Sequence record: NC_054924.1
Source: Escherichia phage vB_EcoM_Lutter
Length of the DNA: 64,000 bases
Strand: one strand, 5' to 3'
Part shown: in pieces, positions 19,647 to 37,215 of the stretch
Numbering within the stretch: position 1 is the first letter of the stretch
How the letters are laid out: every line of letters starts with the position of its first letter
Position numbers and translations under genes: made by a program
Notes under the pieces: generated by a model
Told to the model about the DNA's origin: nothing
The model's database searches: none
Seen by the model: the letters and a program-made list of their open reading frames with translations, nothing else

Positions 19647-22600
19647 CAGTAAAAGCACCTTCAGTCACTAGTCTCAGAATTTCCAAGTTATCCGCAAATC
19701 AGGTGCAAGTACGCTGGGATGACGTTGGTGCTAATTTCTACTATTTTGTAGAAATCGCTGAGACAAAAACAAACTCGGGGGAAAATCTCCCGAGTAATCA
19801 ATACAGATGGATTAACTTAGGATATACTGCAAATAACAGCTTCTTTTTTGATGATGCTGATCCATTAACAACATACATTATTAGAGTAGCTACGGCGGCG
19901 CAAGATTTTGAGCAGTCTGATTGGATTTATACCGAAGAGTTTGAAACTTTTGCTACAAATGCTTATACATTTCAAAACATGATTGAAATGCAATTAGCTA
20001 ATAAATTCATTCAGGAAAAATTTACTCTTAATAATTCTGATTATGTTAATTTTAATAATGACACTATAATGGCTGCATTGATGAATGAATCATTTCAATT
20101 CAGCCCATCGTATGTTGATGTTTCATCAATAAGTAATTTTATTATTGGTGAAAATGAGTATCATGAAATACAAGGTTCTATTCAGCAAGTATGTAAGGAT
20201 ATTAACCGAGTTTATTTGATGGAATCAGAAGGAATTCTATATCTTTTTGAGCGCTATCAACCCGTAGTTAAAGTATCTAATGATAAAGGACAAACCTGGA
20301 AAGCTGTAAAGCTCTTCAATGACCGCGTAGGATATCCTTTATCTAAGACTGTATATTACCAATCTGCGAACACAACATACGTTCTAGGATACGACAAGAT
20401 TTTCTACGGCCGTAAATCAACTGATGTTAGATGGTCAGCTGATGATGTCAGATTTAGTTCGCAGGATATAACATTTGCTAAACTTGGTGACCAATTACAT
20501 CTAGGATTTGATGTAGAAATTTTTGCCACTTACGCGACTTTGCCAGCGAATGTATACCGCATTGCAGAAGCTATTACTTGCACTGATGATTACATTTACG
20601 TTGTCGCCAGAGACAAAGTTAGATACATAAAAACGAGTAATGCACCTATAGATTCTGATCCATTATCTCCAACATATTCGGAAAGACTTTTTGAACCTGA
20701 TACCATGACTATAACTGGAAATCCTAAAGCAGTATGTTATAAAATGGATTCTATCGGTGATAAAGTTTTTGCTCTTATTATTGGTGAAGTTGAAACATTA
20801 AATGCCAATCCGAGAACATCAAAAATAATTGATTCCGCTGATAAAGGAATATATGTTTTAAATCATGACGAAAAAACATGGAAAAGAGTTTTTGGTAATA
20901 CCGAAGAAGAAAGAAGACGTATTCAACCCGGATATGCGAATATGTCAACTGACGGTAAATTAGTTTCTCTGTCTTCGAGTAATTTTAAATTTTTAAGCGA
21001 TAATGTTGTTAATGACCCTGAAACTGCAGCAAAATATCAGTTAATTGGTGCCGTCAAATATGAATTTCCTCGTGAATGGCTAGCTGATAAGCACTATCAT
21101 ATGATGGCATTTATAGCGGATGAAAAATCTGATTGGGAGACTTTTACTCCTCAACCAATGAAATACTACGCAGAACCGTTCTTTAACTGGTCTAAAAAAT
21201 CTAACACACGCTGTTGGATAAACAACTCTGATAGAGCTGTAGTAGTTTATGCTGATTTAAAATACACCAAAGTTATAGAAAATATTCCGGAAACATCACC
21301 AGATAGATTAGTTCATGAATACTGGGATGATGGTGATTGCACTATAGTAATGCCAAATGTTAAATTCACTGGATTTAAAAAATACGCATCAGGAATGCTT
21401 TTCTACAAATCTTCTGGCGAAATAATTTCTTATTATGATTTTAACTATCGTGTGAGAGATACAGTAGAAATTATTTGGAAACCAACTGAAGTATTTTTAA
21501 AAGCATTTTTACAAAACCAAGAGCGTGAAACTCCTTGGTCGCCTGAAGAAGAGCGTGGATTGGCTGATCCTGATTTAAGACCATTGATTGGCACAATGAT
21601 GCCTGATTCTTATTTGTTACAGGATTCGAATTTTGAGGCATTTTGCGAAGCATATATTCAGTATCTTTCTGATGGATATGGAACTCAGTATAACAATTTA
21701 CGAAATTTAATTCGTAACAAATATCCACGAGAAGAGCATGCATGGGAATATTTGTGGTCAGAGATATATAAAAGAAACATTTATTTAAATGCTGACAAAC
21801 GCGATGCTGTTGCAAGATTTTTCGAATCACGCAGCTATGATTTTTATTCTACTAAAGGAATTGAAGCATCATACAAATTTCTTTTTAAAGTTCTTTATAA
21901 TGAAGAGGTTGAAATTGAAATTGAATCTGGGGCTGGTACTGAATATGATATAATTGTTCAATCTGATTCTTTGACTGAAGACTTAGTAGGACAAACGATT
22001 TATACAGCTACAGGAAGATGTAATGTTACTTATATAGAAAGAAGTTATTCTAATGGTAAATTGCAATGGACCGTGACTATACATAATCTTTTGGGGCGTT
22101 TAATAGCAGGGCAAGAAGTTAAAGCAGAAAGACTTCCTAGTTTTGAAGGCGAAATTATTCGTGGGGTTAAAGGAAAGGATTTGCTTCAAAATAATATAGA
22201 CTATATTAATAGAAGTCGATCATATTATGTAATGAAAATTAAATCCAATTTACCTTCTTCTCGTTGGAAATCTGACGTTATTCGTTTTGTTCATCCAGTG
22301 GGATTTGGATTTATAGCAATTACCCTTTTAACGATGTTTATTAATGTTGGTTTAACTCTTAAACACACAGAGACTATAATTAATAAATACAAAAACTATA
22401 AATGGGATTCTGGATTGCCTACTGAATATGCTGATAGAGTAGCTAAATTGACTCCAACTGGTGAAATTGAGCATGATTCGGTAACAGGTGAAGCAATTTA
22501 TGAGCCTGGCCCAATGGCTGGTGTAGAATATCCTCTTCCTGATGACTATAATGCTGAAAATAATAATTCAATATTTCAAGGTCAATTGCCGTCTGAACGA

Positions 22601-22741
22601 CGTAAATTAATGAGTCCTTTATTTGATGCATCTGGAACAACATTTGCGCAATTTAGAGATTTAGTTAATAAACGTCTAAAAGATAATATAGGAAATCCAA
22701 GAGACCCTGAAAATCCAACACAGGTTAAAATAGATGAATGA
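19643..22741 (+). CDS. 7: Baseplate wedge protein gp7
   Basis: 1032 aa; synteny. Confidence 0.9.
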   Translation: MTVKAPSVTSLRISKLSANQVQVRWDDVGANFYYFVEIAETKTNSGENLPSNQYRWINLGYTANNSFFFDDADPLTTYIIRVATAAQDFEQSDWIYTEEFETFATNAYTFQNMIEMQLANKFIQEKFTLNNSDYVNFNNDTIMAALMNESFQFSPSYVDVSSISNFIIGENEYHEIQGSIQQVCKDINRVYLMESEGILYLFERYQPVVKVSNDKGQTWKAVKLFNDRVGYPLSKTVYYQSANTTYVLGYDKIFYGRKSTDVRWSADDVRFSSQDITFAKLGDQLHLGFDVEIFATYATLPANVYRIAEAITCTDDYIYVVARDKVRYIKTSNAPIDSDPLSPTYSERLFEPDTMTITGNPKAVCYKMDSIGDKVFALIIGEVETLNANPRTSKIIDSADKGIYVLNHDEKTWKRVFGNTEEERRRIQPGYANMSTDGKLVSLSSSNFKFLSDNVVNDPETAAKYQLIGAVKYEFPREWLADKHYHMMAFIADEKSDWETFTPQPMKYYAEPFFNWSKKSNTRCWINNSDRAVVVYADLKYTKVIENIPETSPDRLVHEYWDDGDCTIVMPNVKFTGFKKYASGMLFYKSSGEIISYYDFNYRVRDTVEIIWKPTEVFLKAFLQNQERETPWSPEEERGLADPDLRPLIGTMMPDSYLLQDSNFEAFCEAYIQYLSDGYGTQYNNLRNLIRNKYPREEHAWEYLWSEIYKRNIYLNADKRDAVARFFESRSYDFYSTKGIEASYKFLFKVLYNEEVEIEIESGAGTEYDIIVQSDSLTEDLVGQTIYTATGRCNVTYIERSYSNGKLQWTVTIHNLLGRLIAGQEVKAERLPSFEGEIIRGVKGKDLLQNNIDYINRSRSYYVMKIKSNLPSSRWKSDVIRFVHPVGFGFIAITLLTMFINVGLTLKHTETIINKYKNYKWDSGLPTEYADRVAKLTPTGEIEHDSVTGEAIYEPGPMAGVEYPLPDDYNAENNNSIFQGQLPSERRKLMSPLFDASGTTFAQFRDLVNKRLKDNIGNPRDPENPTQVKIDE

Positions 22742-23738
22742 TTCAAGTGTTATCTATCGTGCGATAGTTACTTCAAAATTTAGAACAGAAAAAATGTTGA
22801 ATTTTTATAATTCAATTGGAAGTGGTCCGGATAAAAACACTATCTTTATCACATTTGGAAGATCAGAACCGTGGTCATCAAATGAAAATGAGGTGGGCTT
22901 TGCCCCACCTTATCCAACTGATTCTGTATTAGGCGTAACTGACATGTGGACGCATATGATGGGAACCGTAAAGGTTCTTCCATCTATGCTTGATGCAGTT
23001 ATTCCTCGCAGAGATTGGGGAGATACTAGATATCCGGATCCATACACATTTAGAATTAACGATATTGTAGTGTGTAACTCAGCTCCTTACAACGCTACTG
23101 AATCAGGCGCAGGCTGGTTAGTATATCGTTGTTTAGATGTTCCTGATACCGGAATGTGTTCAATCGCATCTTTAACTGATAAGGATGAATGCCTTAAGTT
23201 AGGTGGAAAATGGACTCCTTCTGCTAGGTCAATGACTCCTCCTGAAGGTCGAGGAGATGCTGAAGGAACAATTGAACCTGGGGACGGGTATGTGTGGGAA
23301 TATCTATTTGAGATTCCGCCTGATGTATCTATAAATAGATGCACGAATGAATATATCGTGGTTCCTTGGCCTGAGGAATTAAAAGAAGACCCGACTAGAT
23401 GGGGGTATGAAGATAATCTCACTTGGCAGCAAGATGATTTTGGATTAATTTACCGTGTTAAGGCAAATACTATCCGTTTTAAAGCATATTTAGATTCAGT
23501 TTATTTTCCTGAAGCTGCATTGCCAGGAAATAAAGGATTTAGACAAATATCAATAATCACGAATCCTCTTGAAGCTAAAGCTCATCCAAATGACCCAAAC
23601 GTTAAAGCTGAAAAGGATTATTATGATCCGGAAGATTTAATGAGGCATTCGGGCGAAATGATTTATATGGAAAATAGGCCACCTATTATTATGGCAATGG
23701 ATCAGACAGAAGAAATCAATATTCTGTTTACATTTTAA
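22734..23738 (+). CDS. 8: Baseplate wedge protein gp8
   Basis: 334 aa; synteny. Confidence 0.9.
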   Translation: MNDSSVIYRAIVTSKFRTEKMLNFYNSIGSGPDKNTIFITFGRSEPWSSNENEVGFAPPYPTDSVLGVTDMWTHMMGTVKVLPSMLDAVIPRRDWGDTRYPDPYTFRINDIVVCNSAPYNATESGAGWLVYRCLDVPDTGMCSIASLTDKDECLKLGGKWTPSARSMTPPEGRGDAEGTIEPGDGYVWEYLFEIPPDVSINRCTNEYIVVPWPEELKEDPTRWGYEDNLTWQQDDFGLIYRVKANTIRFKAYLDSVYFPEAALPGNKGFRQISIITNPLEAKAHPNDPNVKAEKDYYDPEDLMRHSGEMIYMENRPPIIMAMDQTEEINILFTF

Positions 23739-23769
23739 CTTAAGGGAGCCCATGGGCTCCCTTTTTCTT

Positions 23770-23777
23770 TATAAATA
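23770..23777 (+). promoter_or_regulatory. Late promoter (TATAAATA) for 9
   Basis: Exact TATAAATA 25 nt upstream of the gene 9 ATG, after palindrome gggagcccatgggctccc. Confidence 0.6.
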
Positions 23778-23801
23778 CTATAAACTCATAAGGAAACCGC
23801 T

Positions 23802-24668
23802 ATGTTCATTCAAGAACCAAAGAAATTGATTGATACCGGCGAAATTGGTAACGCTTCTACTGGTGATATCTTATTCGACGGTGGTAATAAAATTAATAGT
23901 GATTTTAACGCAATTTATAATGCGTTTGGCGATCAACGTAAAATGGCAGTAGCAAATGGCACTGGAGCAGATGGTCAAATTATCCATGCTACTGGATATT
24001 ATCAAAAACACTCTATTACAGAGTACGCAACTCCAGTGAAAGTCGGCACTAGACATGATATTGATACCTCTACTGTAGGTGTTAAAGTTATCATTGAAAG
24101 AGGCGAACTCGGCGACTGCGTTGAATTTATTAACTCAAATGGATCAATATCAGTTACTAATCCTTTGACAATTCAAGCTATTGATTCAATTAAAGGTGTT
24201 TCGGGTAATTTAGTAGTAACTAGCCCATATAGTAAAGTTACTTTACGCTGCATTTCATCTGATAATTCTACGTCGGTTTGGAATTATTCTATTGAAAGCA
24301 TGTTTGGACAAAAGGAATCACCAGCTGAAGGTACATGGAATATTTCTACATCCGGATCAGTTGATATTCCACTATTTCATCGCACTGAATACAATATGGC
24401 TAAATTGCTAGTTACATGCCAATCGGTAGATGGAAGAAAAATTAAAACAGCAGAAATAAATATTCTTGTGGATACTGTTAATTCAGAGGTCATTTCTTCT
24501 GAATATGCTGTCATGCGAGTTGGGAATGAAACCGAAGAAGACGAAATCGCTAATATTGCATTTAGTATTAAAGAAAATTACGTAACGGCGACTATAAGTT
24601 CTTCAACTGTCGGTATGAGAGCAGCAGTTAAAGTTATCGCTACGCAGAAAATCGGGGTGGCTCAATAA
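23802..24668 (+). CDS. 9: Baseplate protein gp9 (long tail fibre socket)
   Basis: 288 aa; synteny. Confidence 0.9.
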   Translation: MFIQEPKKLIDTGEIGNASTGDILFDGGNKINSDFNAIYNAFGDQRKMAVANGTGADGQIIHATGYYQKHSITEYATPVKVGTRHDIDTSTVGVKVIIERGELGDCVEFINSNGSISVTNPLTIQAIDSIKGVSGNLVVTSPYSKVTLRCISSDNSTSVWNYSIESMFGQKESPAEGTWNISTSGSVDIPLFHRTEYNMAKLLVTCQSVDGRKIKTAEINILVDTVNSEVISSEYAVMRVGNETEEDEIANIAFSIKENYVTATISSSTVGMRAAVKVIATQKIGVAQ

Positions 24669-26476
24669 TGAAACAAAATATTAATATCGGTAATGTTGTA
24701 GATGATGGTACCGGTGACTACCTGCGTAAAGGTGGTATAAAAATAAATGAAAACTTTGATGAGCTTTATTATGAACTCGGTGATGGTGATGTTCCATATT
24801 CAGCCGGTGCCTGGAAAACTTATAATGCTTCATCAGGACAAACATTAACAGCAGAATGGGGAAAATCATACGCTATTAATACATCTTCTGGAAGAGTGAC
24901 TATAAATCTTCCAAAGGGCACAGTTAATGATTACAACAAGGTAATTAGAGCTAGAGACGTATTTGCTACATGGAACGTCAACCCAGTTACACTAGTAGCT
25001 GCTTCCGGAGATACGATTAAAGGGTCTGCAGTACCAGTTGAAATTAATGTTCAATTCAGCGATTTAGAACTAGTGTATTGTGCCCCAGGACGTTGGGAAT
25101 ATGTCAAAAATAAACAAATTGACAAAATTACCAGTTCAGACATTAGTAATGTAGCTCGTAAAGAATTTTTAGTCGAAGTCCAAGGACAAACAGACTTTTT
25201 AGATGTTTTCCGTGGAACCAGTTATAATGTAAATAACATCAGAGTAAAACATCGTGGTAACGAATTGTATTACGGCGATGTGTTTAGCGAAAACAGTGAT
25301 TTTGGCTCTCCGGGCGAAAATGAAGGAGAACTAGTTCCTCTTGATGGATTTAATATTCGATTAAGACAGCCTTGTAATATTGGTGACACTGTTCAAATTG
25401 AAACATTTATGGATGGTGTATCGCAGTGGAGAAGTTCATATACAAGACGTCAAATTAGATTGTTAGATTCAAAATTAACGTCAAAAACTTCTTTAGAAGG
25501 AAGCATTTACGTTACTGATTTATCAACAATGAAATCAATTCCATTTTCTGCTTTTGGATTAATTCCAGGAGAACCTATTAATCCTAACTCTCTTGAGGTT
25601 CGTTTTAATGGAATTTTGCAGGAATTAGCTGGCACAGTTGGAATGCCATTATTTCATTGTGTTGGTGCCGATTCAGACGATGAAGTAGAATGCTCTGTTT
25701 TAGGTGGAACTTGGGAACAATCTCATACCGATTATTCAGTTGAAACTGATGAAAACGGCATACCGGAAATTTTACATTTCGATAGAGTATTTGAGCATGG
25801 TGACATTATCAATATCACCTGGTTTAATAATGATTTGGGTACATTATTAACGAAAGATGAGATTATTGATGAAACTGATAATCTCTATGTATCGCAAGGG
25901 CCGGGAGTAGATATTTCTGGTGATGTAAATTTAACAGACTTCGATAAAATTGGTTGGCCAAATGTAGAAGCAGTTCAATCTTATCAACGCGAATTTAATG
26001 CTGTTTCAAATATCTTTGATACGATTTATCCTATTGGAACTATATATGAAAACGCTGTTAATCCAAACAACCCTGTTACATATATGGGATTCGGCTCATG
26101 GAAATTATTTGGGCAAGGAAAAGTTTTAGTTGGATGGAATGAAGATATTTCGGACCCTAACTTTGCTTTAAATAACAATGATTTAGATTCGGGTGGAAAT
26201 CCTTCACATACTGCAGGTGGAACAGGTGGTTCTACTTCTGTTACATTGGAAAATGCTAATCTTCCTGCAACTGAAACAGATGAAGAAGTTCTAATAGTTG
26301 ATGAAAATGGATCAGTCATTGTTGGTGGGTGTCAATACGATCCAGATGAATCCGGTCCAATCTACACTAAATACCGCGAAGCTAAAGCATCTACTAACTC
26401 TACTCACACTCCGCCAACATCAATAACTAACATTCAACCATATATTACAGTTTATCGTTGGATAAGGATTGCATAA
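24668..26476 (+). CDS. 10: Baseplate wedge protein gp10
   Basis: 602 aa; synteny. Confidence 0.9.
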   Translation: MKQNINIGNVVDDGTGDYLRKGGIKINENFDELYYELGDGDVPYSAGAWKTYNASSGQTLTAEWGKSYAINTSSGRVTINLPKGTVNDYNKVIRARDVFATWNVNPVTLVAASGDTIKGSAVPVEINVQFSDLELVYCAPGRWEYVKNKQIDKITSSDISNVARKEFLVEVQGQTDFLDVFRGTSYNVNNIRVKHRGNELYYGDVFSENSDFGSPGENEGELVPLDGFNIRLRQPCNIGDTVQIETFMDGVSQWRSSYTRRQIRLLDSKLTSKTSLEGSIYVTDLSTMKSIPFSAFGLIPGEPINPNSLEVRFNGILQELAGTVGMPLFHCVGADSDDEVECSVLGGTWEQSHTDYSVETDENGIPEILHFDRVFEHGDIINITWFNNDLGTLLTKDEIIDETDNLYVSQGPGVDISGDVNLTDFDKIGWPNVEAVQSYQREFNAVSNIFDTIYPIGTIYENAVNPNNPVTYMGFGSWKLFGQGKVLVGWNEDISDPNFALNNNDLDSGGNPSHTAGGTGGSTSVTLENANLPATETDEEVLIVDENGSVIVGGCQYDPDESGPIYTKYREAKASTNSTHTPPTSITNIQPYITVYRWIRIA

Positions 26477-27135
26477 TGAGTTTACTTAATAATAAAGCGG
26501 GAGTTATTTCCCGCTTAGCCGATTTTCTTGGTTTTAGACCTAAAGCTGGTAATATAGATGTAATGAATCGTCAATCAGTTGGGTCAGTGACAATTTCTCA
26601 ATTAGCGAAAGGTTTTTATGAACCAAACGTAGAATCAGCTATTAATGATGTTCATAATTTTTCTATAAAAGACATTGGTACAATTATTACTAATAAAACT
26701 GGTGTTTCTCCTGAGGGTGTTTCTCAAACTGATTATTGGGCATTTTCTGGAACTGTAACAGACGATTCTCTTCCTCCGGGTTCTCCTGTTACGGTATTAG
26801 TATTTGGTCTTCCAGTTTCAGCAACAACTGGAATGACGGCAATTGAGTTTGTTGCAAAAGTTCGTGTTGCCCTTCAAGAAGCTATTGCGTCATTTACTGC
26901 TATCAACTCATATAAAGACCATCCAACAGATGGTAGTAAATTAGAAGTTACTTATTTAGATAATCAAAAACATGTATTAAGCACATATTCTACATATGGA
27001 ATAACTATTTCACAGGAAATTATTTCTGAGTCTAAACCTGGCTACGGTACATGGAATTTATTAGGCGCACAAACTGTAACTTTAGATAATCAGCAGACTC
27101 CTACAGTACTTTATCATTTTGAGAGAACAGCATGA
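26476..27135 (+). CDS. 11: Baseplate wedge protein gp11
   Basis: 219 aa from the ATG at 26476 (TAATG overlap with gene 10; track start is TTG); [20 protein letters not shown]. Confidence 0.9.
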   Translation: MSLLNNKAGVISRLADFLGFRPKAGNIDVMNRQSVGSVTISQLAKGFYEPNVESAINDVHNFSIKDIGTIITNKTGVSPEGVSQTDYWAFSGTVTDDSLPPGSPVTVLVFGLPVSATTGMTAIEFVAKVRVALQEAIASFTAINSYKDHPTDGSKLEVTYLDNQKHVLSTYSTYGITISQEIISESKPGYGTWNLLGAQTVTLDNQQTPTVLYHFERTA

Positions 27136-28715
27136 GTAATAATACATATCAACACGTTTCTAATGAATCTCGTTATGTAAAATTTGATCCAACTGGTACA
27201 AATTTTCCGGAAGAGATTACTGATGTTCAGGCTGCTATAGCAGCCATTTCTCCTGCTGGCGTAAATGGAGTTCCTGATGCATCGTCAACAACAAAGGGAA
27301 TTTTATTTCTTGCCACTGAACAGGAAGTTATAGATGGAACTAATAATACCAAAGCAGTTACACCGGCAACGTTGGCAACAAGATTATCATATCCAAATGC
27401 TACCGAAGAAGTTTATGGACTTACACGTTATTCAACAGACGATGAAGCTGTAGCTGGTGTTAATAATGAATCATCTATAACTCCGGCTAAATTTACTACA
27501 GCAATTAATCACATTTTTGATACACGAATTTCTTCTGAAAGTTCACTTGGCGTTATTAAGTTATCATCTCTACCGCAAGCATTAGCTGGTGCAGATGATA
27601 CTACTGCAATGACTCCATTAAAAACGCAGCAGTTAGCTATTAAATTAATTGCGCAAATTGCTCCTTCTGAAACTACAGCTACAGAGTCTGACCAGGGTGT
27701 TGTTCAATTAGCAACAGTAGCACAGGTTCGTCAGGGAACTTTGAGAGAAGGCTATGCAATTTCTCCTTATACGCTAATGAATTCTACTGCTACTGAAGAA
27801 TATAAAGGCGTAATTAAATTAGGAACACAATCAGAAGTTAACTCGAATAATGCTTCTGTTGCTGTTACTGGTGCAACTCTTAATGGTCGTGGTTCTACAA
27901 CGTCAATGAGAGGCGTAGTTAAATTAACTACAACTGCCGGCTCACAGAGTGGAGGTGATGCTTCATCAGCACTAGCTTGGAATGCTGACGTTATCCATCA
28001 AAGAGGCGGTCAAACTATTAATGGAACACTCCGCATTAATAACACGCTTACAATAGCTTCAGGTGGAGCAAATATTACCGGAACAGTTAACATGACCGGT
28101 GGTTATATTCAAGGTAAGCGTGTCGTAACACAAAATGAAATTGATAGAACTATTCCTGTCGGAGCTATTATGATGTGGGCCGCTGATAGTCTTCCTAGTG
28201 ATGCTTGGCGTTTTTGCCACGGTGGAACTGTTTCAGCATCAGATTGTCCATTATATGCTTCTAGAATTGGAACAAGATACGGCGGAAGTTCATCAAATCC
28301 TGGATTACCTGATATGCGTGGTCTTTTTGTTCGCGGCTCTGGTCGTGGCTCTCACTTAACAAATCCAAATGTTAATGGTAATGACCAGTTTGGTAAGCCT
28401 AGATTAGGTGTAGGTTGTACTGGTGGATATGTTGGTGAAGTACAGAAACAACAGATGTCTTATCATAAACATGCTGGCGGATTTGGTGAGCATGATGATT
28501 CTGGGGCATTCGGTAATACCCGTAGATCAAATTTTGTTGGTACACGTAAAGGACTTGACTGGGATAACCGTTCATACTTCACCAATGATGGATATGAAAT
28601 TGACCCGGCATCGCAGCGAAATTCCAAATATACGTTAAATCGCCCTGAATTAATTGGAAATGAAACACGTCCATGGAACATTTCTTTAAACTACATAATT
28701 AAGGTAAAAGAATGA
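27132..28715 (+). CDS. 12: Short tail fibre protein gp12
   Basis: 527 aa; synteny. Confidence 0.9.
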   Translation: MSNNTYQHVSNESRYVKFDPTGTNFPEEITDVQAAIAAISPAGVNGVPDASSTTKGILFLATEQEVIDGTNNTKAVTPATLATRLSYPNATEEVYGLTRYSTDDEAVAGVNNESSITPAKFTTAINHIFDTRISSESSLGVIKLSSLPQALAGADDTTAMTPLKTQQLAIKLIAQIAPSETTATESDQGVVQLATVAQVRQGTLREGYAISPYTLMNSTATEEYKGVIKLGTQSEVNSNNASVAVTGATLNGRGSTTSMRGVVKLTTTAGSQSGGDASSALAWNADVIHQRGGQTINGTLRINNTLTIASGGANITGTVNMTGGYIQGKRVVTQNEIDRTIPVGAIMMWAADSLPSDAWRFCHGGTVSASDCPLYASRIGTRYGGSSSNPGLPDMRGLFVRGSGRGSHLTNPNVNGNDQFGKPRLGVGCTGGYVGEVQKQQMSYHKHAGGFGEHDDSGAFGNTRRSNFVGTRKGLDWDNRSYFTNDGYEIDPASQRNSKYTLNRPELIGNETRPWNISLNYIIKVKE

Positions 28716-30175
28716 CAGATATTGTACTGAATGACTTACCATTCGTTGACGGCCCTCCTGCAGAGGGCCAGAGCCGCATTTCCTGGATTAAAAACGGCGA
28801 AGAAATATTAGGAGCTGACACACAATATGGAAGTGAAGGCTCAATGAATAGGCCCACAGTTTCTGTATTAAGAAATGTTGAAGTTCTCGATAAAAACATC
28901 GGAATACTTAAAACATCTTTAGAAACCGCAAATAGTGATATTAAAACAATTCAGGGCATCTTAGATGTATCTGGTGATATAGAAGCTTTAGCACAAATAA
29001 GTATCAATAAAAAGGATATTTCTGACCTCAAAACGCTAACCAGTGAACATACAGAAATATTAAATGGAACTAATAGTACAGTTGACAACATTCTTGCTGA
29101 TATTGGTCCATTTAACTCCGAGGCCAACTCTGTATACAGAACGATCAGAAATGATTTATTGTGGATAAAGCGTGAACTTGGACAATACACAGGTCAAGAT
29201 ATTAATGGTCTTCCTGTTGTAGGAAATCCTAGCACAGGAATGAAGCATCGCATCATTAATAATACTGATGTCATCACTTCACAGGGAATACGTTTAAGCG
29301 AATTAGAAACAAAATTCATTGAATCTGATGTAGGTTCTTTAACTATTGAAGTTGGTAATCTTCGCGAAGAGCTTGGACCGAAACCACCGTCATTTTCACA
29401 AAACATCTACAGTCGTTTAAATGAAATTGACACTAAACAGACAACATTCGAATCTGACATTAGTGCTATTAAGACCTCAATAGGATATCCAGGAAATAAT
29501 TCGATTATCACGAGTGTTAATACAAACACTGATAATATTGCATCTATTAATTTAGAGCTAAATCAAAGTGGAGGTATTAAACAGCGTTTAACAGTTATTG
29601 AAACTTCCATTGGTTCAGATGATATTCCTTCGAGTATTAAAGGTCAAATCAAAGATAATACAACTTCAATCGAATCTCTGAATGGAATCGTCGGTGAAAA
29701 CACTTCATCCGGTTTAAGAGCGAATGTTTCGTGGTTAAACCAAATTGTTGGAACTGATTCTAGCGGTGGACAACCTTCTCCTCCTGGGTCTCTTTTAAAC
29801 CGAGTTTCTACAATTGAAACTTCTGTTTCAGGTTTGAATAACGATGTTCAGAACCTACAAGTAGAGATTGGTAATAACAGCACAGGAATTAAAGGGCAAG
29901 TTGTAGCGTTAAATACTTTAGTAAATGGAACTAATCCAAACGGTTCAACTGTTGAAGAGCGCGGATTAACCAATTCAATAAAAGCTAACGAAACCAACAT
30001 TGCATCAGTTACACAAGAAGTGAATACAGCCAAAGGTAGTATATCTTCTCTGCAAGGTGATGTTCAAGCTCTACAAGAAGCAGGTTATATTCCTGAAGCT
30101 CCAAAAGATGGTCAAGCTTACGTTCGTAAAGACGGCGAATGGGTATTACTTTCTACCTTTTTATCACCAGCATAA
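28712..30175 (+). CDS. wac: Fibritin (whisker antigen control)
   Basis: 487 aa coiled-coil protein; C-terminus [27 protein letters not shown] is the foldon trimerisation domain. Confidence 0.95.
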   Translation: MTDIVLNDLPFVDGPPAEGQSRISWIKNGEEILGADTQYGSEGSMNRPTVSVLRNVEVLDKNIGILKTSLETANSDIKTIQGILDVSGDIEALAQISINKKDISDLKTLTSEHTEILNGTNSTVDNILADIGPFNSEANSVYRTIRNDLLWIKRELGQYTGQDINGLPVVGNPSTGMKHRIINNTDVITSQGIRLSELETKFIESDVGSLTIEVGNLREELGPKPPSFSQNIYSRLNEIDTKQTTFESDISAIKTSIGYPGNNSIITSVNTNTDNIASINLELNQSGGIKQRLTVIETSIGSDDIPSSIKGQIKDNTTSIESLNGIVGENTSSGLRANVSWLNQIVGTDSSGGQPSPPGSLLNRVSTIETSVSGLNNDVQNLQVEIGNNSTGIKGQVVALNTLVNGTNPNGSTVEERGLTNSIKANETNIASVTQEVNTAKGSISSLQGDVQALQEAGYIPEAPKDGQAYVRKDGEWVLLSTFLSPA

Positions 30176-30178
30176 CAT

Positions 30179-30194
30179 GGGGCCGCAAGGCCCC
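30179..30194 (+). terminator. Stem-loop (GNRA loop) after wac
   Basis: ggggccgcaaggcccc. Confidence 0.45.
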
Positions 30195-30207
30195 AAAGGA
30201 TTTTTAA

Positions 30208-31909
<1,702 letters not shown>

Positions 31910-31950
31910 TAAATATTATAAACTAATTAAAGCCCAGATTAGGAGAAATC

Positions 31951-35091
<3,141 letters not shown>

Positions 35092-35119
35092 TATTAAAGC
35101 ATATTAAAGAGGATTAAAA

Positions 35120-37099
35120 ATGACTTTATTATCTCCGGGCATTGAGCTCAAAGAAACTACGGTTCAAAGCACCGTGGTTAATAACTCTACTGGTACAGCA
35201 GCTCTGGCCGGTAAATTCCAGTGGGGTCCTGCTTTTCAAATTAAACAGGTTACAAATGAAGTAGATTTAGTTAATACTTTTGGTCAACCTACAGCTGAAA
35301 CTGCTGACTATTTTATGTCTGCAATGAATTTCTTACAATACGGAAATGATTTGCGAGTTGTGCGTGCTGTCGATAGAGATACCGCTAAAAACTCATCTCC
35401 GATTGCCGGTAATATTGAATACACTATTTCTACCCCAGGTAGTAACTACGCGGTTGGAGATAAAATCACGGTTAAGTATGTTTCAGAAGACATTGAAACA
35501 GAATGTAAAGTTACCGAAGTAGATGCTGATGGAAAAATTAAGAAAATTAATATTCCTACTGCAAAAATTATCGCTAAAGCGAAAGAAGTCGGTGAATATC
35601 CAACATTAGGTTCTAACTGGACCGCGGAAATTTCTTCGTCTTCCTCTGGTTTAGCTGCAGTAATAACTCTTGGAAAAATTATTACTGATTCTGGTATTTT
35701 ATTAGCTGAAATTGAAAATGCTGAAGCTGCCATGACAGCTGTTGACTTTCAAGCAAATCTCGAAAAATATGGAATTCCAGGAGTAGTAGCTCTTTATCCA
35801 GGCGAATTAGGCGATAAAATTGAAATTGAAATCGTATCTAAAGCTGACTACGCAAAAGGAGCTTCTGCATTACTCCCAATTTATCCAGGTGGTGGTACTC
35901 GTGCATCTACTGCTAAAGCAGTGTTTGGATATGGACCACAAACTGATTCACAGTATGCTATTATAGTTCGTCGTAATGATGCTATTGTTCAAAGCGTTGT
36001 TCTTTCAACGAAGCGTGGTGAAAAAGATATTTACGATAGTAACATCTATATTGATGACTTTTTCGCAAAAGGTGGTTCAGAATATATTTTCGCAACTGCA
36101 CAAAACTGGCCAGAAGGCTTCTCTGGAATTTTAACTCTGTCTGGTGGTTTATCATCAAATGCTGAAGTAACAGCAGGAGATTTGATGGAAGCTTGGGACT
36201 TCTTTGCTGACCGCGAATCTGTTGATGTTCAGTTGTTTATTGCGGGTTCTTGTGCCGGTGAATCTTTAGAAACAGCATCTACTGTCCAAAAACACGTCGT
36301 TTCAATTGGGGATGCTCGCCAGGATTGCTTAGTACTGTGCTCACCACCGCGTGAAACTGTAGTTGGAATTCCTGTAACTCGTGCAGTAGATAATTTAGTT
36401 AACTGGAGAACTGCGGCAGGTTCATACACTGATAATAACTTTAATATCAGTTCAACCTACGCAGCAATTGATGGTAACTACAAGTATCAGTATGACAAAT
36501 ATAATGATGTGAATCGTTGGGTTCCATTAGCAGCTGATATTGCTGGTTTATGCGCAAGAACCGATAACGTATCTCAGACTTGGATGTCTCCAGCTGGTTA
36601 TAATCGTGGCCAGATTCTTAACGTTATTAAACTGGCTATTGAAACTCGCCAGGCTCAGCGCGACCGTTTATACCAAGAAGCTATCAACCCGGTAACTGGT
36701 ACAGGTGGTGATGGTTACGTATTGTATGGTGATAAAACAGCTACTTCTGTTCCTTCTCCATTTGATCGTATTAACGTTCGTCGTCTGTTTAATATGTTGA
36801 AAACGAACATCGGACGTAGTTCAAAATATCGTTTGTTCGAATTAAACAACGCGTTTACTCGTTCATCATTCCGCACAGAAACTGCCCAGTACTTACAGGG
36901 AATTAAAGCTCTCGGTGGAATTTATGAATATCGTGTAGTTTGCGATACAACAAATAACACTCCGTCAGTAATTGATAGAAATGAGTTTGTTGCAACATTC
37001 TACATCCAACCGGCTAGAAGCATTAACTACATTACCTTAAACTTCGTAGCAACTGCTACTGGTGCAGATTTCGATGAGTTAACTGGTCTTGCAGGTTAA
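35120..37099 (+). CDS. 18: Tail sheath protein
   Basis: 659 aa; synteny and length. Confidence 0.95.
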   Translation: MTLLSPGIELKETTVQSTVVNNSTGTAALAGKFQWGPAFQIKQVTNEVDLVNTFGQPTAETADYFMSAMNFLQYGNDLRVVRAVDRDTAKNSSPIAGNIEYTISTPGSNYAVGDKITVKYVSEDIETECKVTEVDADGKIKKINIPTAKIIAKAKEVGEYPTLGSNWTAEISSSSSGLAAVITLGKIITDSGILLAEIENAEAAMTAVDFQANLEKYGIPGVVALYPGELGDKIEIEIVSKADYAKGASALLPIYPGGGTRASTAKAVFGYGPQTDSQYAIIVRRNDAIVQSVVLSTKRGEKDIYDSNIYIDDFFAKGGSEYIFATAQNWPEGFSGILTLSGGLSSNAEVTAGDLMEAWDFFADRESVDVQLFIAGSCAGESLETASTVQKHVVSIGDARQDCLVLCSPPRETVVGIPVTRAVDNLVNWRTAAGSYTDNNFNISSTYAAIDGNYKYQYDKYNDVNRWVPLAADIAGLCARTDNVSQTWMSPAGYNRGQILNVIKLAIETRQAQRDRLYQEAINPVTGTGGDGYVLYGDKTATSVPSPFDRINVRRLFNMLKTNIGRSSKYRLFELNNAFTRSSFRTETAQYLQGIKALGGIYEYRVVCDTTNNTPSVIDRNEFVATFYIQPARSINYITLNFVATATGADFDELTGLAG

Positions 37100-37134
37100 T
37101 ACGGTGCATTCTAAAGGCCTGTTTCGGCAGGCCA

Positions 37135-37142
37135 TATAAATA
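37135..37142 (+). promoter_or_regulatory. Late promoter (TATAAATA), first of two upstream of 19
   Basis: Exact TATAAATA after hairpin ggcctgtttcggcaggcc. Confidence 0.5.
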
Positions 37143-37193
37143 CACTATATCCTTAATTCTTTAATTCTATATGCCCTAGGTTAAACATAGGGA

Positions 37194-37201
37194 TATAAAT
37201 A
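37194..37201 (+). promoter_or_regulatory. Late promoter (TATAAATA) for 19
   Basis: Exact TATAAATA 15 nt upstream of the gene 19 ATG. Confidence 0.6.
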
Positions 37202-37215
37202 CTACAGAGGCTAAT